Positions 38,817-49,071 of a stretch of 64,000 nt of DNA are shown piece by piece. The stretch lies in contig OZ038378.1 in the NCBI GenBank assembly GCA_964036045.1, positions 84,196,001-84,260,000 on the forward strand, read 5' to 3'. Both the position numbers and the translations under genes were made by a program. The notes under the pieces were generated by a model. That model searched no databases, was not told the DNA's origin, and saw only the letters and a list, made by a program, of their open reading frames with translations. Position 1 is the first letter of the stretch, and each line of letters opens with the position of its first letter. The DNA comes from Eutreptiella sp. 'Long Island Sound 2002' (Eukaryota > Protista > Euglenida).

Positions 38817-40340
38817 TCACTTCTTGTTATGCTTCTTCGCCAAACTGATGCAAGACTTTAGGTGGTCCTTGGTGATTTGCACCACTCTACACTGGCATGT
38901 CTGCACCGTTACGTTCCGGAAACCACACTCACAGGAAAATGGGACTTGTGTCACAGCGATACACTCCATTTCCACCTTGTCACGCTTGTCACGTGCCAGC
39001 TTGTCAACCCGATAATGCACGTCAAGTCCCTCAATTTTTTCCACCCAATCAACCTTCCAGCCGCTCTTCATCTCTTCGCGTGCAAAGGCAAACCAAACTT
39101 TGGACTTGTCGGTGGTATACGTTGCCATAATGCTGTTGAGGGCGGGAGGTGAATCCTTTACATGCTTCAATGTGACTTGTCGAGTCTCTGCAGCACCACA
39201 TGGATTCTGCGTCAAGGCCATATCATCATCTTCCGAAGGAATGACGTCGGGTGTGCTTTGAGTTCCAGGTGTGTTTTGAGTTTGTGACGGTTGCGAGTAC
39301 TCATGCAACTCTGCGGGTTCCTCGTTGAACCGCACCTTCTTGGAACGAGGTTTTGCCTCGGCACTTGTGCCCTTTCTCTTGGTACCTTTCTTAGGTTTCC
39401 CATCGTTGACATAGCGGTCGCCCCTTGGTTGTCGTTCCTTGGCCGGAGCCTTCTGTCTTGTCCGCAATACCCAAAACCTATCCGCTACTGTGTCAGAGTA
39501 CCGTTCCACGTTTTGCCTCTGCAAACCAACTAGGGCATCAGTTTCCGTGACAATACGGTACTTGTCAACCAAGCTTTTGCCCTTCGCCTTCACTGGTCGA
39601 TGACTGCTCTCCACCGCATTGCTATCCCGCGTGCTAGCTACCCAGTCCGCAAACGTCTTCCCTTGATGCAAATGACAAAGCAACGCATCCACCTCCGGTG
39701 CACGCCAGAACTTTATGAAACCCTCAAGGGCTTTGTAATGCTTTGTCAGCCAATCCCACATCTCCGCACGTGCCTCCTTTGACATGGAAGGAATGGCCCT
39801 GCATCGTTCTTTGAACATTGCAGAGGCAATCTCGCTGTCTATCGTGTTGGACCACTCCTCCACACATCGCAGGAAGTGAAGTAGGCATCCTTGGAACACC
39901 CGGACCACAAAGGCTTCAAACTCATCATCGGACAACTCAATGTTTTGCTTCTTTAGGTACTCTTTCAGAGCGGACTTCAGTCCCTTGAGCTGGGCCTGCG
40001 AAAAATCCATGACCACTGTTAGCCACTGCAAAGGATTGAAACTCGGGTCGGTCTCCTTTGTCAAGTCGAGGAACTTGAGAAATGCCTCATGATAAAACCC
40101 AGCATCTTGCTTTGAGGTAGCCATTCGGAACGTGGTCCACCATTTGGTCAAGTCCTCGTCAAACACCACAATGTTGAGAAGGTACTTCATAAACGTATGG
40201 TCCCAAAATGTTATGTCAACCTCCAAAACCTTGCCTTTTGCCGCAATCTTCAACATGCCGTCACTAGCAAAGACAGGCCTTTCAGGCGTGTTGGTTTTGA
40301 CAGACCGAAGATAATTTGTCATGTCGTCTGGCAGCCAATG
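38817..40340 (-). CDS. MULE/Mutator-type DDE transposase catalytic region (3' part of the interrupted RecQ-MULE gene)
   Basis: LEVDITF (D1, ~40216), VVMDFSQAQLKGL (D2, ~40006), FQGCLLHF (CxxH), DSNAVESSH (E, ~39610) and a C-terminal Cys cluster (FSCECG...TCQC). The first 18 residues of track ORF 38817..40394 are read from the nested element's TIR. Confidence 0.88.
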   Translation of the reverse strand, partial: HWLPDDMTNYLRSVKTNTPERPVFASDGMLKIAAKGKVLEVDITFWDHTFMKYLLNIVVFDEDLTKWWTTFRMATSKQDAGFYHEAFLKFLDLTKETDPSFNPLQWLTVVMDFSQAQLKGLKSALKEYLKKQNIELSDDEFEAFVVRVFQGCLLHFLRCVEEWSNTIDSEIASAMFKERCRAIPSMSKEARAEMWDWLTKHYKALEGFIKFWRAPEVDALLCHLHQGKTFADWVASTRDSNAVESSHRPVKAKGKSLVDKYRIVTETDALVGLQRQNVERYSDTVADRFWVLRTRQKAPAKERQPRGDRYVNDGKPKKGTKRKGTSAEAKPRSKKVRFNEEPAELHEYSQPSQTQNTPGTQSTPDVIPSEDDDMALTQNPCGAAETRQVTLKHVKDSPPALNSIMATYTTDKSKVWFAFAREEMKSGWKVDWVEKIEGLDVHYRVDKLARDKRDKVEMECIAVTQVPFSCECGFRNVTVQTCQCRVVQITKDHLKSCISLAKKHNKK

Positions 40341-40779
40341 TACCCTTCGTGAACGGGGGTTAAGTGGCCGTTTGAATAATTGCGTGAATTTCACGTGAAT
40401 TTACCCAAATTTTGAGGTTTTTGGGGGAAAATGCCATATTTTTGGATCCTTCCGAGGGATTTGAGGGGCCAAAATTCTTCCCCCGGCTTCATTACGCATC
40501 ATCCAATGAAAGTCCCGCCCCAAAAGCATCCATCATGTCCGAACCGTGCCCAAAACGAGAGGTGCCGAAACCCGGCAAGCCTGTAGCCGATTCACAGGCG
40601 TGAATTCACGTGAATTCGTACGAAATTCGCACGAATTTCGTACGAATTTCGTACGAATTTCGTACGAATTTCACGTGAATTCACGTGAATTCATACAAAT
40701 TTCACCCTTGTGCACCCCCTCATTTGTCCTAACACCCGGGGTACCCCCCCCCCAATGCACCCCTGCAGGCACCTTGGCT

Positions 40780-41081
40780 ACATGCAACATGTGCACATGT
40801 GTGTGGGTGTGCCTTTGTGTGGGGTGTGTGGATTTGTGTGGGTTTGTGTATGGGTGTATGGTTGGGTTTGCATGTGGGTGGATGCATGACTTCCTGTTTG
40901 TGTCTACGTGCGAGCATGCGTCTGTGTGTTGGTGTGTGTGGGGATGTGGGGGCCACCCGACCACATACGCACACAAACCCGTCCCAAACCTCACACCAAC
41001 ACCCACACACCCACACACACAACCACGGACCCATGGATACACACCCACACACAAACACGCACCCACGCACACAAACCAATC

Positions 41082-41113
<32 letters not shown>

Positions 41114-42010
41114 CACACCCACAATGATCCCGCCCCACATACCTAACCACGACACATCCACTATGCAGGTGTGTGTGCGTATGTGTGGCTGGGCAGTTTG
41201 TGGGTGTGGGTGTGGGTGGGGTGGCAGGGCGGCTTCACTCCACTAATGGCATGTGGGTGTGTGTGTGTGGGGGGGGGGGTACATGTACGATTGTCTGTTT
41301 GTTTCTGGGTGTGGGCGTGCGCCTGTGTGTGTGGGGGGGGGGTGAGGATGTGAGGAACACCAAACCATGCACATATACGCACAAGCCATACACACGCATA
41401 CACACACACCCTTCCCGCACCTCACACCAACACACGCGCACACACAAACACACACAACCACACACCCAACTACACATGGACACACCGACCCACATACACG
41501 CATCCGCACAAACCCTTCCACACACACAGGCAGACACACATACACACACACAGAACCCCCCTCCCCTAAACATTTAACCGTGACACATCCACTGTCCAGG
41601 TACGTTTCATTGATGGTATGTGGGGGGGGGGGGGGTGCATGACTGTCTTTTTGGTTCTGCGTGTGGGCGCGCGCCTGTGTGTGTGGGGAGGGGTGAGGAT
41701 GTGAGGAGCACCAAACCACATATACGCACAAGCCATACACACACACACACACACACGCACACATACAGACACACCCTTCCCGCACCTCACAGCAACACGC
41801 GCGTACACACAAACACACACAACCACACACCCAACTACACATGGACACACCGACCCACCCACAGAAAAACACACACATATCCATCCACAGAAACCCATCC
41901 ACACACACAGGCAGACACACACACACACACACACACACAGAACCCCCCCCCCCTAAACATCTAACCGTGACACATCCACTGTCCACGTACGTATGAGGGT
42001 GTGTGGGCGG
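40780..42010. repeat. (CA)/(GT)-rich low-complexity blocks with internal ~370-430-bp duplications
   Basis: Alternating GT- and CA-rich tracts. The motif cccctaaacat(t/c)taaccgtgacacatccact recurs at ~41135 (variant), ~41563 and ~41950. The ORFs here are VC/HT repeat artefacts. Confidence 0.85.
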
Positions 42011-42014
42011 GCAG

Positions 42015-42299
42015 TGTGTCATTGCAAGCTTGCGCGTAGCAGCGCGGAGCCTCATCCAGAAGGAAGAGCCGAGAGTCGAGATGGCCGCGAAGGCCATGAT
42101 CAATGCCATGAGTTGGCGCGCACTTCCCACCTGTACTACACCCTCCATGCTGCTGCACTCTGTCAGACTAGAGTCAAACTCAACAGGGTCTTCTTTCCCC
42201 GCTGGAACACCCAAGCCCGTTCCCTTGGCGGTTGGTTCACCAGCCAGCATCTAGGGACAGCAGGAATCTCGTTGATCCATTCATGCGCGTCAATCAGTC

Positions 42300-42359
<60 letters not shown>

Positions 42360-42525
42360 GCTAAATCTCTTTGCATTGACAATCAGAGCACTGGGCAGAA
42401 GTCACCTCGCGGAACCAGCCAGCAGGTCCCATCGCAAAGCTGTGTTTCAATTAAACAGTCAGATTCCCCTGCGTAGTACACAGTTCCGAGTAGACACGGG
42501 AGCATACTGTAAAGTCGGCGCTGAC
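42015..42525 (-). rRNA. Isolated fragment (~0.4-0.5 kb) of eukaryotic LSU (28S-type) rRNA gene
   Basis: Reverse complement reads GGGGAATCTGACTGTTTAATT...GTGACTTCTGCCCAGTGCTCTG...AAGCGCGGGTAAACGGCGGGAGTAACTATGACTCTCTTAAGGTAGCCAAATGCCTCGTC...GACGCGCATGAATGGATCAACGAGATTCC...CAGCGGGGAAAGAAGACCCTGTTGAGTTTGACTCTAGT, the conserved LSU core. Core is 42120-42500; outer limits are approximate. Confidence 0.95.
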
Positions 42526-43531
42526 TTGATTATTTGCTGCCAAAGCATGAGCAACTAGCACATGAGAGCCATGGGGATACACAAAACCTGTGAAGAGAAA
42601 AAGGATACCCTCCCTAACCTTAACCGCACTGCAACAAGCAAGACATCCTCATAACCCCACACCCAGACACTCAGGGGCTGTAAGTGGGGGGTCTCCTTGC
42701 CCCCCCCCCCCCCCTCCCAACCCAAGACGTGGTTGATTACGCTCCTATGGTATGACCCAATGGACCCCCCCACCCCACCCTCATGCATCTACTAGCAACT
42801 ATAACCTTTGCCCTTCCAAACAACTGTGTGAGCAATGCAACAATGGTTTGACCCCAATGGACCCCCCCACCACTGCATCCACTATCACCTATAACCTATG
42901 CCCTTCCCAACAAATTTGTGAGCAATGCAACAAAGATTAAGAAATGTAATGTGTATTGTTTTGATTTGTTATTTGTGTTCTAGTGTAGAATACATCTAGG
43001 CTAGAATGATTCCTGTTCTAGTCTACGTTCTAGCTAGATGTTGTGGGGTAGAATGCCCTCGCGATGTCGCTTTAGGCTAGAACGAAATTGTGCGTGCTAG
43101 CGTGTATCTAGGGATCTACAAAACAAATTGTTCAATATCCAATGTGTGCAACAAATAGCAGTGACAAGACAAAATTGGGGCCGATTCGTACGAATTCGCA
43201 CGAAATTCGCACGAAATTCGTACGAAATTCGTACGAATTTCGTGCGAATTTCGTGCGAATTTCACATTCTCGTGGATCTGTGAATCTAGCGTGAATTTAT
43301 GCGTGAATTTGGGTGCGTGAATTTCACATTCACGCGAATCTCACCAAATGTGTTGAACCATGCGACTACTTCAAACCTCTAAATTGCACACATTTGTTGG
43401 ATCTTACTTTGGGCGAAGATAGCACGACAAAAGCACACAATGGCACCAAGTTACGAGCAAAAAACAGCAAAAATAGGTGAAATTCACGGTACCGTGAATC
43501 TCGGATTCAAACGGCCGGTTCACGAAGGGTA

Positions 43532-46324
43532 CAAATATGCCTCGTCTTTGAGCCACCGCTTCAACAAATGATGGGCATCTTCATAATCATCCCTCTTCAA
43601 CACTAAAGCCCGTTCTTTGAGCTGCTCAATCCTCATGGTGTTTGTGTACATGGTGTTCTCGCCCGGCGGTGTCTTGCCGGTTGTCAGCTTCTTCATTAGT
43701 GCCTCTCGGGGCGTGAGATTGGGGTCGTCAATGAACCACTGTAAGATCTCATCATCCAAGTGTGTAGGCGGCTTGAAGGCTTTAAGCACTGGGTGAGAGT
43801 GTCCAGCCCAACCATTCACACTGGGTGGGTCATCGCCAGGAGCCAACTCCAACGTGTCTCTGCGGATTAATGCAAGAAGTCGAAGGCGGTTGTATTCATC
43901 AGGTTCCACGGACCCCTGGAACAGAACTGGGTAGAGGTGAAAAATGCGGAAGTCACACCGTTTTTTCTGCATTTTTCCATGTTGGCAGATCACGGTTTGG
44001 GCGTTGTTGTCCCTGGCCCGGCAGGAATTTGCTTTGCAAACGAGCGCGCCAGCGCAAGTCCACGCCTGCGAGGCTAGGTGGCAGCCAAAACCTTCATCAT
44101 ATCCAAAATATTTCTTCACGTGGCTAGACCGTGTTAGCTCAAGGGATGCTGGAAGTATGTCGTCGGTCCCATAAGGCAAGTCGTACACATCTTCTGCCAC
44201 GTACAAGGTGTCACACTTTGGACAATCAATGGGCTTGTCAAGCTTCACATATTCCCTTTTCTCCAGAAGCTGAAGGAGCTTTGGCTTTGCTTGTAGGCGC
44301 TGAGCTCGGGTGGATGGGCCTTCTAACACCATGCGCCGTTGTCCGGGCACCTTCTTCTCGCACTGTTCAAGTGCGAGGGACATGGCAACAGCATAGCAGT
44401 GCTGGCAACGGTAGCCACCAGCAGCAGAGCCGTCCTCAGCCACTAGACCGCATGTCCCCGCTGCTTGCTCCAATCTTCCCCTTGAATTCACGGCAATGCT
44501 CACGTTGCAAACTTCTGAATTTGATGGCATCACCACGCAAGCTTCAATCTTTAGTCCAAGCGTTTCCCTTGGAGTCCAAGCGAAGTGGTCGATTTGGGCT
44601 GCGTGCACCTCATCTACAGTGAGAAGGGTTCCACGAAATAGCCGCTTCACATCAGCAGTCGTCATAGGAAGCGGGTAGGCATCCTCCAGCGCATTTGCAG
44701 CATGCTCACTTAAATTTTGAGGCGCTTGCGGCAACGCCTTTTCCAAATGTAGGATGTACGAGTCTTTGTCATTGAACTCCACTTCCCCAAGCTTCAAATT
44801 CATAGTCACACTGTCGATGTTCGGGATCGCTTTCACCAACTCCCAATCCATGCCTTTCATGATGACAGCCCTCCATTGGTCTTTCGAGCCCTTGCTCCCG
44901 CAAGCATGCTGGCTAGCAATGCCCACCTCAAAGAGAGCATTACAAAGCTCCTGCCCATATCGCTCGTAATGGTCTTTGGGTCGCACCCCTTGAATGAGGT
45001 CTAAGCAGTGCCCAAGGCAAATGCCGTCGCTTTTGTCGCACAAGGCTAAAGCCGGAAGAAAGAGGCCAAGCACAAACCCCGCGTCTGTTGGTGGCCTGTT
45101 CTTCACGCAGTTATCACAGCGAGTGCCACAAGGCTCCAACAGCACGTGGTCGGAATGCTGGAACAAATTCTGCCACCGGCAACCTGGGGTGTGCATCAAC
45201 ATATACATACATGTGTAGTCGTTCAAGGTGAGGTGGTAATTTGCATGGGCCTTGACCTTGTCTTTGTGCCAGTTGGCAAGGGTACGCAGGGAGTGCTGGT
45301 GGTATAGAATGTGAACCTCCCCGCAATCTGACGTACCGCGGGCAAGGCGCCCCAATAGCTGAATCAGCTGCGTTATGGAGGATGGCACACTGGTGAAGAT
45401 GAGTGTCCGCAAGCCGGGGACATGCCAACCCATTTCCAAAGCAGCAGTGCAGCACACAATATCGATGAGCCCTTGCTCCAAGTCCTTAAGGACGGCCTCA
45501 CGGGTAGAAGATGGTGTTGCACCAGTGAAGCTCGCCACTTTAAAACCCTTCTTCTTCAACATATTGACCATGTTCGTGCACTTTTCGACGTTGGTGAAAA
45601 AGATCAATGTCTTGCCCCTTACAAGGGGAAGGACCAAGTTCAGGAGCATGACGTCTCTTTGAGGTTTCACCGGTTGAGCGTAGTGGTGAGAATCCATTGA
45701 TATTTCTTCTCGGTAGAGAATGCCACGGACGTTCACTGCATTTTGAAGGTGTAGGCGGTCGATAATGGCCTGTTGCTCAGGTGTTGTGGCCGTTGCTGTG
45801 CATGCGTACCACGGCACGGTGGGCAGTCTTTGTCGGCAAATCCCAAGCTCCGTCCATTGCTGCCCAAATGTTTTGTCACTTCGGGCGACCTTGTGAGCCT
45901 CGTCTGCAACAAAGGCCACAGGATCCAAATCCACCAACTTGTCTAGGGCGTCGTTGGACAACAACACCTTCTTAGGAGTGGTGTACACCATAGCTGCACC
46001 CGGGGAGATGTTCGGAAACGGGGTGTTTGCCTCCAACTTGTAGGCCGCAATCCCTAACCGTTCACATTCCTGTAGCTGTGTGGTAATAATTGCTCGCAAA
46101 GGCTCAAAAACAATCACCGGTTTACGAGTGATGTGCGCAAGCATTTGGGCTGGGAGTGACTTGCCACTGTTAGTTCCCGAAACACAAAGCACGTCACGGC
46201 CGTTGAGTAGGGCACGCAAGGTCTTTTTTTGGTGCGGATAAAGTACTTTGCCAAGGGCATGCTCCGCCGCCGCAATTTCAGCGCCCCAATCCGGTCCCTG
46301 GATATGACATGTCCATTGCGTCAA
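43532..46324 (-). CDS. RecQ-family SF2 helicase + RQC Zn-binding region + SWIM-like + WRKY/GCM1-like Zn finger (5' part of the interrupted RecQ-MULE gene)
   Basis: YPHQKK (motif 0), GTNSGKS (I), VFEPLRAI (Ia), DEAH (II), TFGQQW aromatic loop, TATA (III), TAALEMG (V), QLLGRLAR (VI), C...CRW...CGTRCDNC (RecQ Zn site). Then GTCG...YRCQHC (SWIM-like) and WTCAGALVCKANSC...CQH...CDF...GHSHP (WRKY/GCM1-like). The track ORF's stop (43520-43522) lies inside the nested TIR. The track start at 46324 is TTG; an out-of-frame ATG at 46349 (MDEMDARMLDAMDMSYP) may be the real start. Confidence 0.92.
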
Positions 46325-46354
46325 GCATTCTAGCGTCCATTTCGTCCATAAGCC

Positions 46355-47220
46355 CGCGGGCGTCTACTGCGGGTGATACCTCACCCCGTCAACAATTCAT
46401 TTCCCAACGCAAGTTCCTACACTTGACAACCATTTTAAGTCCGGCGGCTGATTTGGGTAAATTGCGTAGCGCTAAGGCATGGTGTGTCCATTCCGTCCAC
46501 CATTCTCGGGGCACCTACTATGGGTGTTACTGGACCCCATCAACACTTCATTTCCCAACGCAAGCTCCTACACTTGTGGACAATTTCGATTCCGGCGGTG
46601 TGTTTGGATAGATTGCATGGCTCCAAGGTACGGTGTGTCCATTCCGTCCTGCATTCTAGGGGCAGATATTGTGAGTGATACTTGACTCCATGAACACTTC
46701 ATTTCCGAAAACAAAATCCTACATTTGATGACAATTTCAAGTTCGGCACTGTGTTTGAGTAGATTGCATGGCTCCAAGCTATGGTGTGTCCATTCCGTCG
46801 GGCATTTCGGGCATTCGGCGACCATTTTATCCAGAAGTGTATGGGCAGCTACTCCAGGTGATACCGCACCACGTCAACAATTCATTTCCCAACGTACGAT
46901 CCTACACTTCACGAGAATTTCAAATCCGATGGTGTGTTTGGGTAGGTTACATAGCGTGAAGATGTGGGGTGTGCATTCCGTCCAGCATATGCCAGGCAGC
47001 TAGTGTGTGTGCCACTTGACCCATGAACGCTTCCATTCCCAACGCGAGTTTCTGAAGTTGCGAACAATTTCAAGTCCGCTAGTGTGTTTGGGTCGCTTAC
47101 ATGGTGCCCCATTTTGGTGCGTTCATTTGGTCCACAAGTCCGGAGGCAGCTACTCTTGGTGATTCCTCACCTCGTCAACAAATCATTTCCCAACGACCGT
47201 TCCCACACTTCACGACCATT
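46355..47220. repeat. Diverged array of the ~150-bp repeat family directly upstream of the RecQ-MULE ORF
   Basis: About 6 units of acacttcatttcccaacgcaag(t/c)tcctacacttg...acaatttcaagtccg...gtgtgtttgg...agattgcatgg. Confidence 0.75.
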
Positions 47221-47391
47221 CCCAATCGGGGGGTGGACCAGTGCATCCCATACCTCCACCCCGTCCAACTTGCCTTGTCAAATATCATCATAGAATAACA
47301 TCACACAAACCCACGGTCTTGAATTGTCGGAAACCTTTGCCGGGTTGTAACGAAGACCGTGCGTAGCGGATGCATCTATGCCACAATCAAC

Positions 47392-47751
47392 ATGCAACAT
47401 TCTAGTGCAATCAGACACACTGATGTTTTTTCTCCTTTTGGGGGATCAGAAAAAAGAGGGGGTGTTATTTCAAGAATGACCCGTCAATTTTGGGCTCGGA
47501 AAAAGGGGCAGGCGTTCTTTATTGTACAAAAAAATTGCAGGCAGAGCGGCAAAACCTGCCAAACAATCGGAATGCAACATTCTGGTGCAATCAGACACAC
47601 TGATGTTTTTTCTCCTTTTGGGGGATCAGAAAAAAGAGGGGGTGTTATTTCAAGAATGACCCGTCAATTTTGGGCTTGGAAAAAGGGGCAGGCGTTCTTT
47701 ATTGTACAAAAAAATTGCAGGCAGAGCGGCAAAACCTGCCAAACAATCGGA
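47392..47751 (+). repeat. Near-identical tandem duplication, 2 x 180 bp
   Basis: atgcaacattct(a/g)gtgcaatcagacacactgatg...ccaaacaatcggaa at 47392 and 47572. Confidence 0.95.
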
Positions 47752-49071
47752 AGTGAAGAATTTTAGCCCGTGTTCATAGCTACATACCTTGGGCAAGACA
47801 ACAAGTGTACAAACACAACCAACACTCAAAGTTTTACCACTTTGACTAGGTGCCACCTTAATCCTAGCAGGGGTTTGGTTGAACTGCAATCATCATGTTC
47901 ACCAAATTCGGGGACATAGAAAAACCGTGGGGTCACCCCGCACCACCGGAGGGTATGGAAACCCCCAAAGTCGATGGCCCCTGCCGCCCATAGGTCTGGT
48001 AAGATTGCATTTCCTCCACAAATCCAAAATTGGGGGGGGGGGGGGGAGCTACGCTGATCGGTGACTCACTTGCTCACATCTATTTCCCATGGCTGGTTAC
48101 TATGCTTGGAATTTTCAAGTGTGCAAGTGCATTTGGGACAATTGCATGGTGCCGGTTGGGATTTTCTCTCATGTACAAGGATTGTATTGAAAAATCTTTA
48201 GGAACACTGCACTGAGTGATGACATTCATTGTCCATGCATCTATCTAAGGAAAAGAATACAACGTTGTGGTTAACCAACCGGACCAAAAAACAAAACCCA
48301 TAAACCTGCTCAAGGGGGTGTTGTGCTCCTTAGAGTTGCTAGGTGGTGAGCCATGGAATACCATGCATCAAATGGTGATATCACTGCAAGCGTTAAAAGT
48401 GCAAAGCCAAAGCCGTTAAACAGACAGTTCGAACGTTGATGCTATTTAGAGTTGTTGAGTGGTGTGCATGGAAACACATGCATCAGATGATGATGACACT
48501 ACAAAGGTTAAAAAGCACATACACAAAAGAAATTTGGGCCATTCACAAAACTTTGCTCAATGTTCAACCATGAATTCATGACACGGTTGTGCAGCGCAAA
48601 GATTCTAAGCAAATTTATTAACTCTTCATGGAACGACCATATCACGTCACACTTGAGGCGCCCTTTTTTTAATTTGTAACACATGTCCATCGTCCAACAC
48701 GACAAGTGGCAAATGGGTTAGCACCAGATCATACAAAGACCACCCAAATCCCATTTGCGGCAGAGTGGAGTATGGACAACCATCGAGTATACATATGTTG
48801 CAACCTCCTGATCCTTGTGCGAATGTAACAAATTGTATGCGAACGGCCAATGGAGGCCAACATGCAAAACAAATAGTGGAAGGAGCGAATGGAGAACACA
48901 CGAACGCCTTCTTTGCCATTTAGGTCGAAACATGGTTGGTGCACTTGATCACATTGAGGATTTTTCACCATAATAGGTGTAATCACGGGCAACGGCTCCA
49001 CACAATGCAAATCAAGAAAGGGGTATGCGGTCATTGACTAAAGGCCAAAAAAAATGTAATATACGCAACAC

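Larger units (their letters stand above)
40341..43531. mobile_element. 3.2-kb non-autonomous TIR element nested in the transposase gene
   Basis: Left end (tg)tacccttcgtgaac...ggccgtttgaat; right end attcaaacggcc-ggttcacgaagggta(ca). Palindromic subterminal arrays (GTGAATTCAC, CGTACGAAATT) at 40370-40400, 40598-40705, 43183-43340 and 43478-43500. No internal protein-coding ORF recognised. Confidence 0.9.

Noticed and set aside
40671-42250. Cys/Val- and His/Thr-rich ORFs
   Set aside because: These are translations of (GT)n/(CA)n tracts and of antisense rRNA.
42318-42335. R2 retrotransposon insertion at the 28S target site
   Set aside because: The site TTAAGGTAGCCA is uninterrupted.
38817-46324. 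Calling the helicase a host RecQ/BLM/WRN gene, or the element AcademH/KolobokH
   Set aside because: The helicase is contiguous with transposase modules and has no apparent introns. The DDE region has MULE-type motifs (DxTF, DFxxAQ, CxxH, NxxESxH). Phylogeny is still needed to exclude the other families formally.
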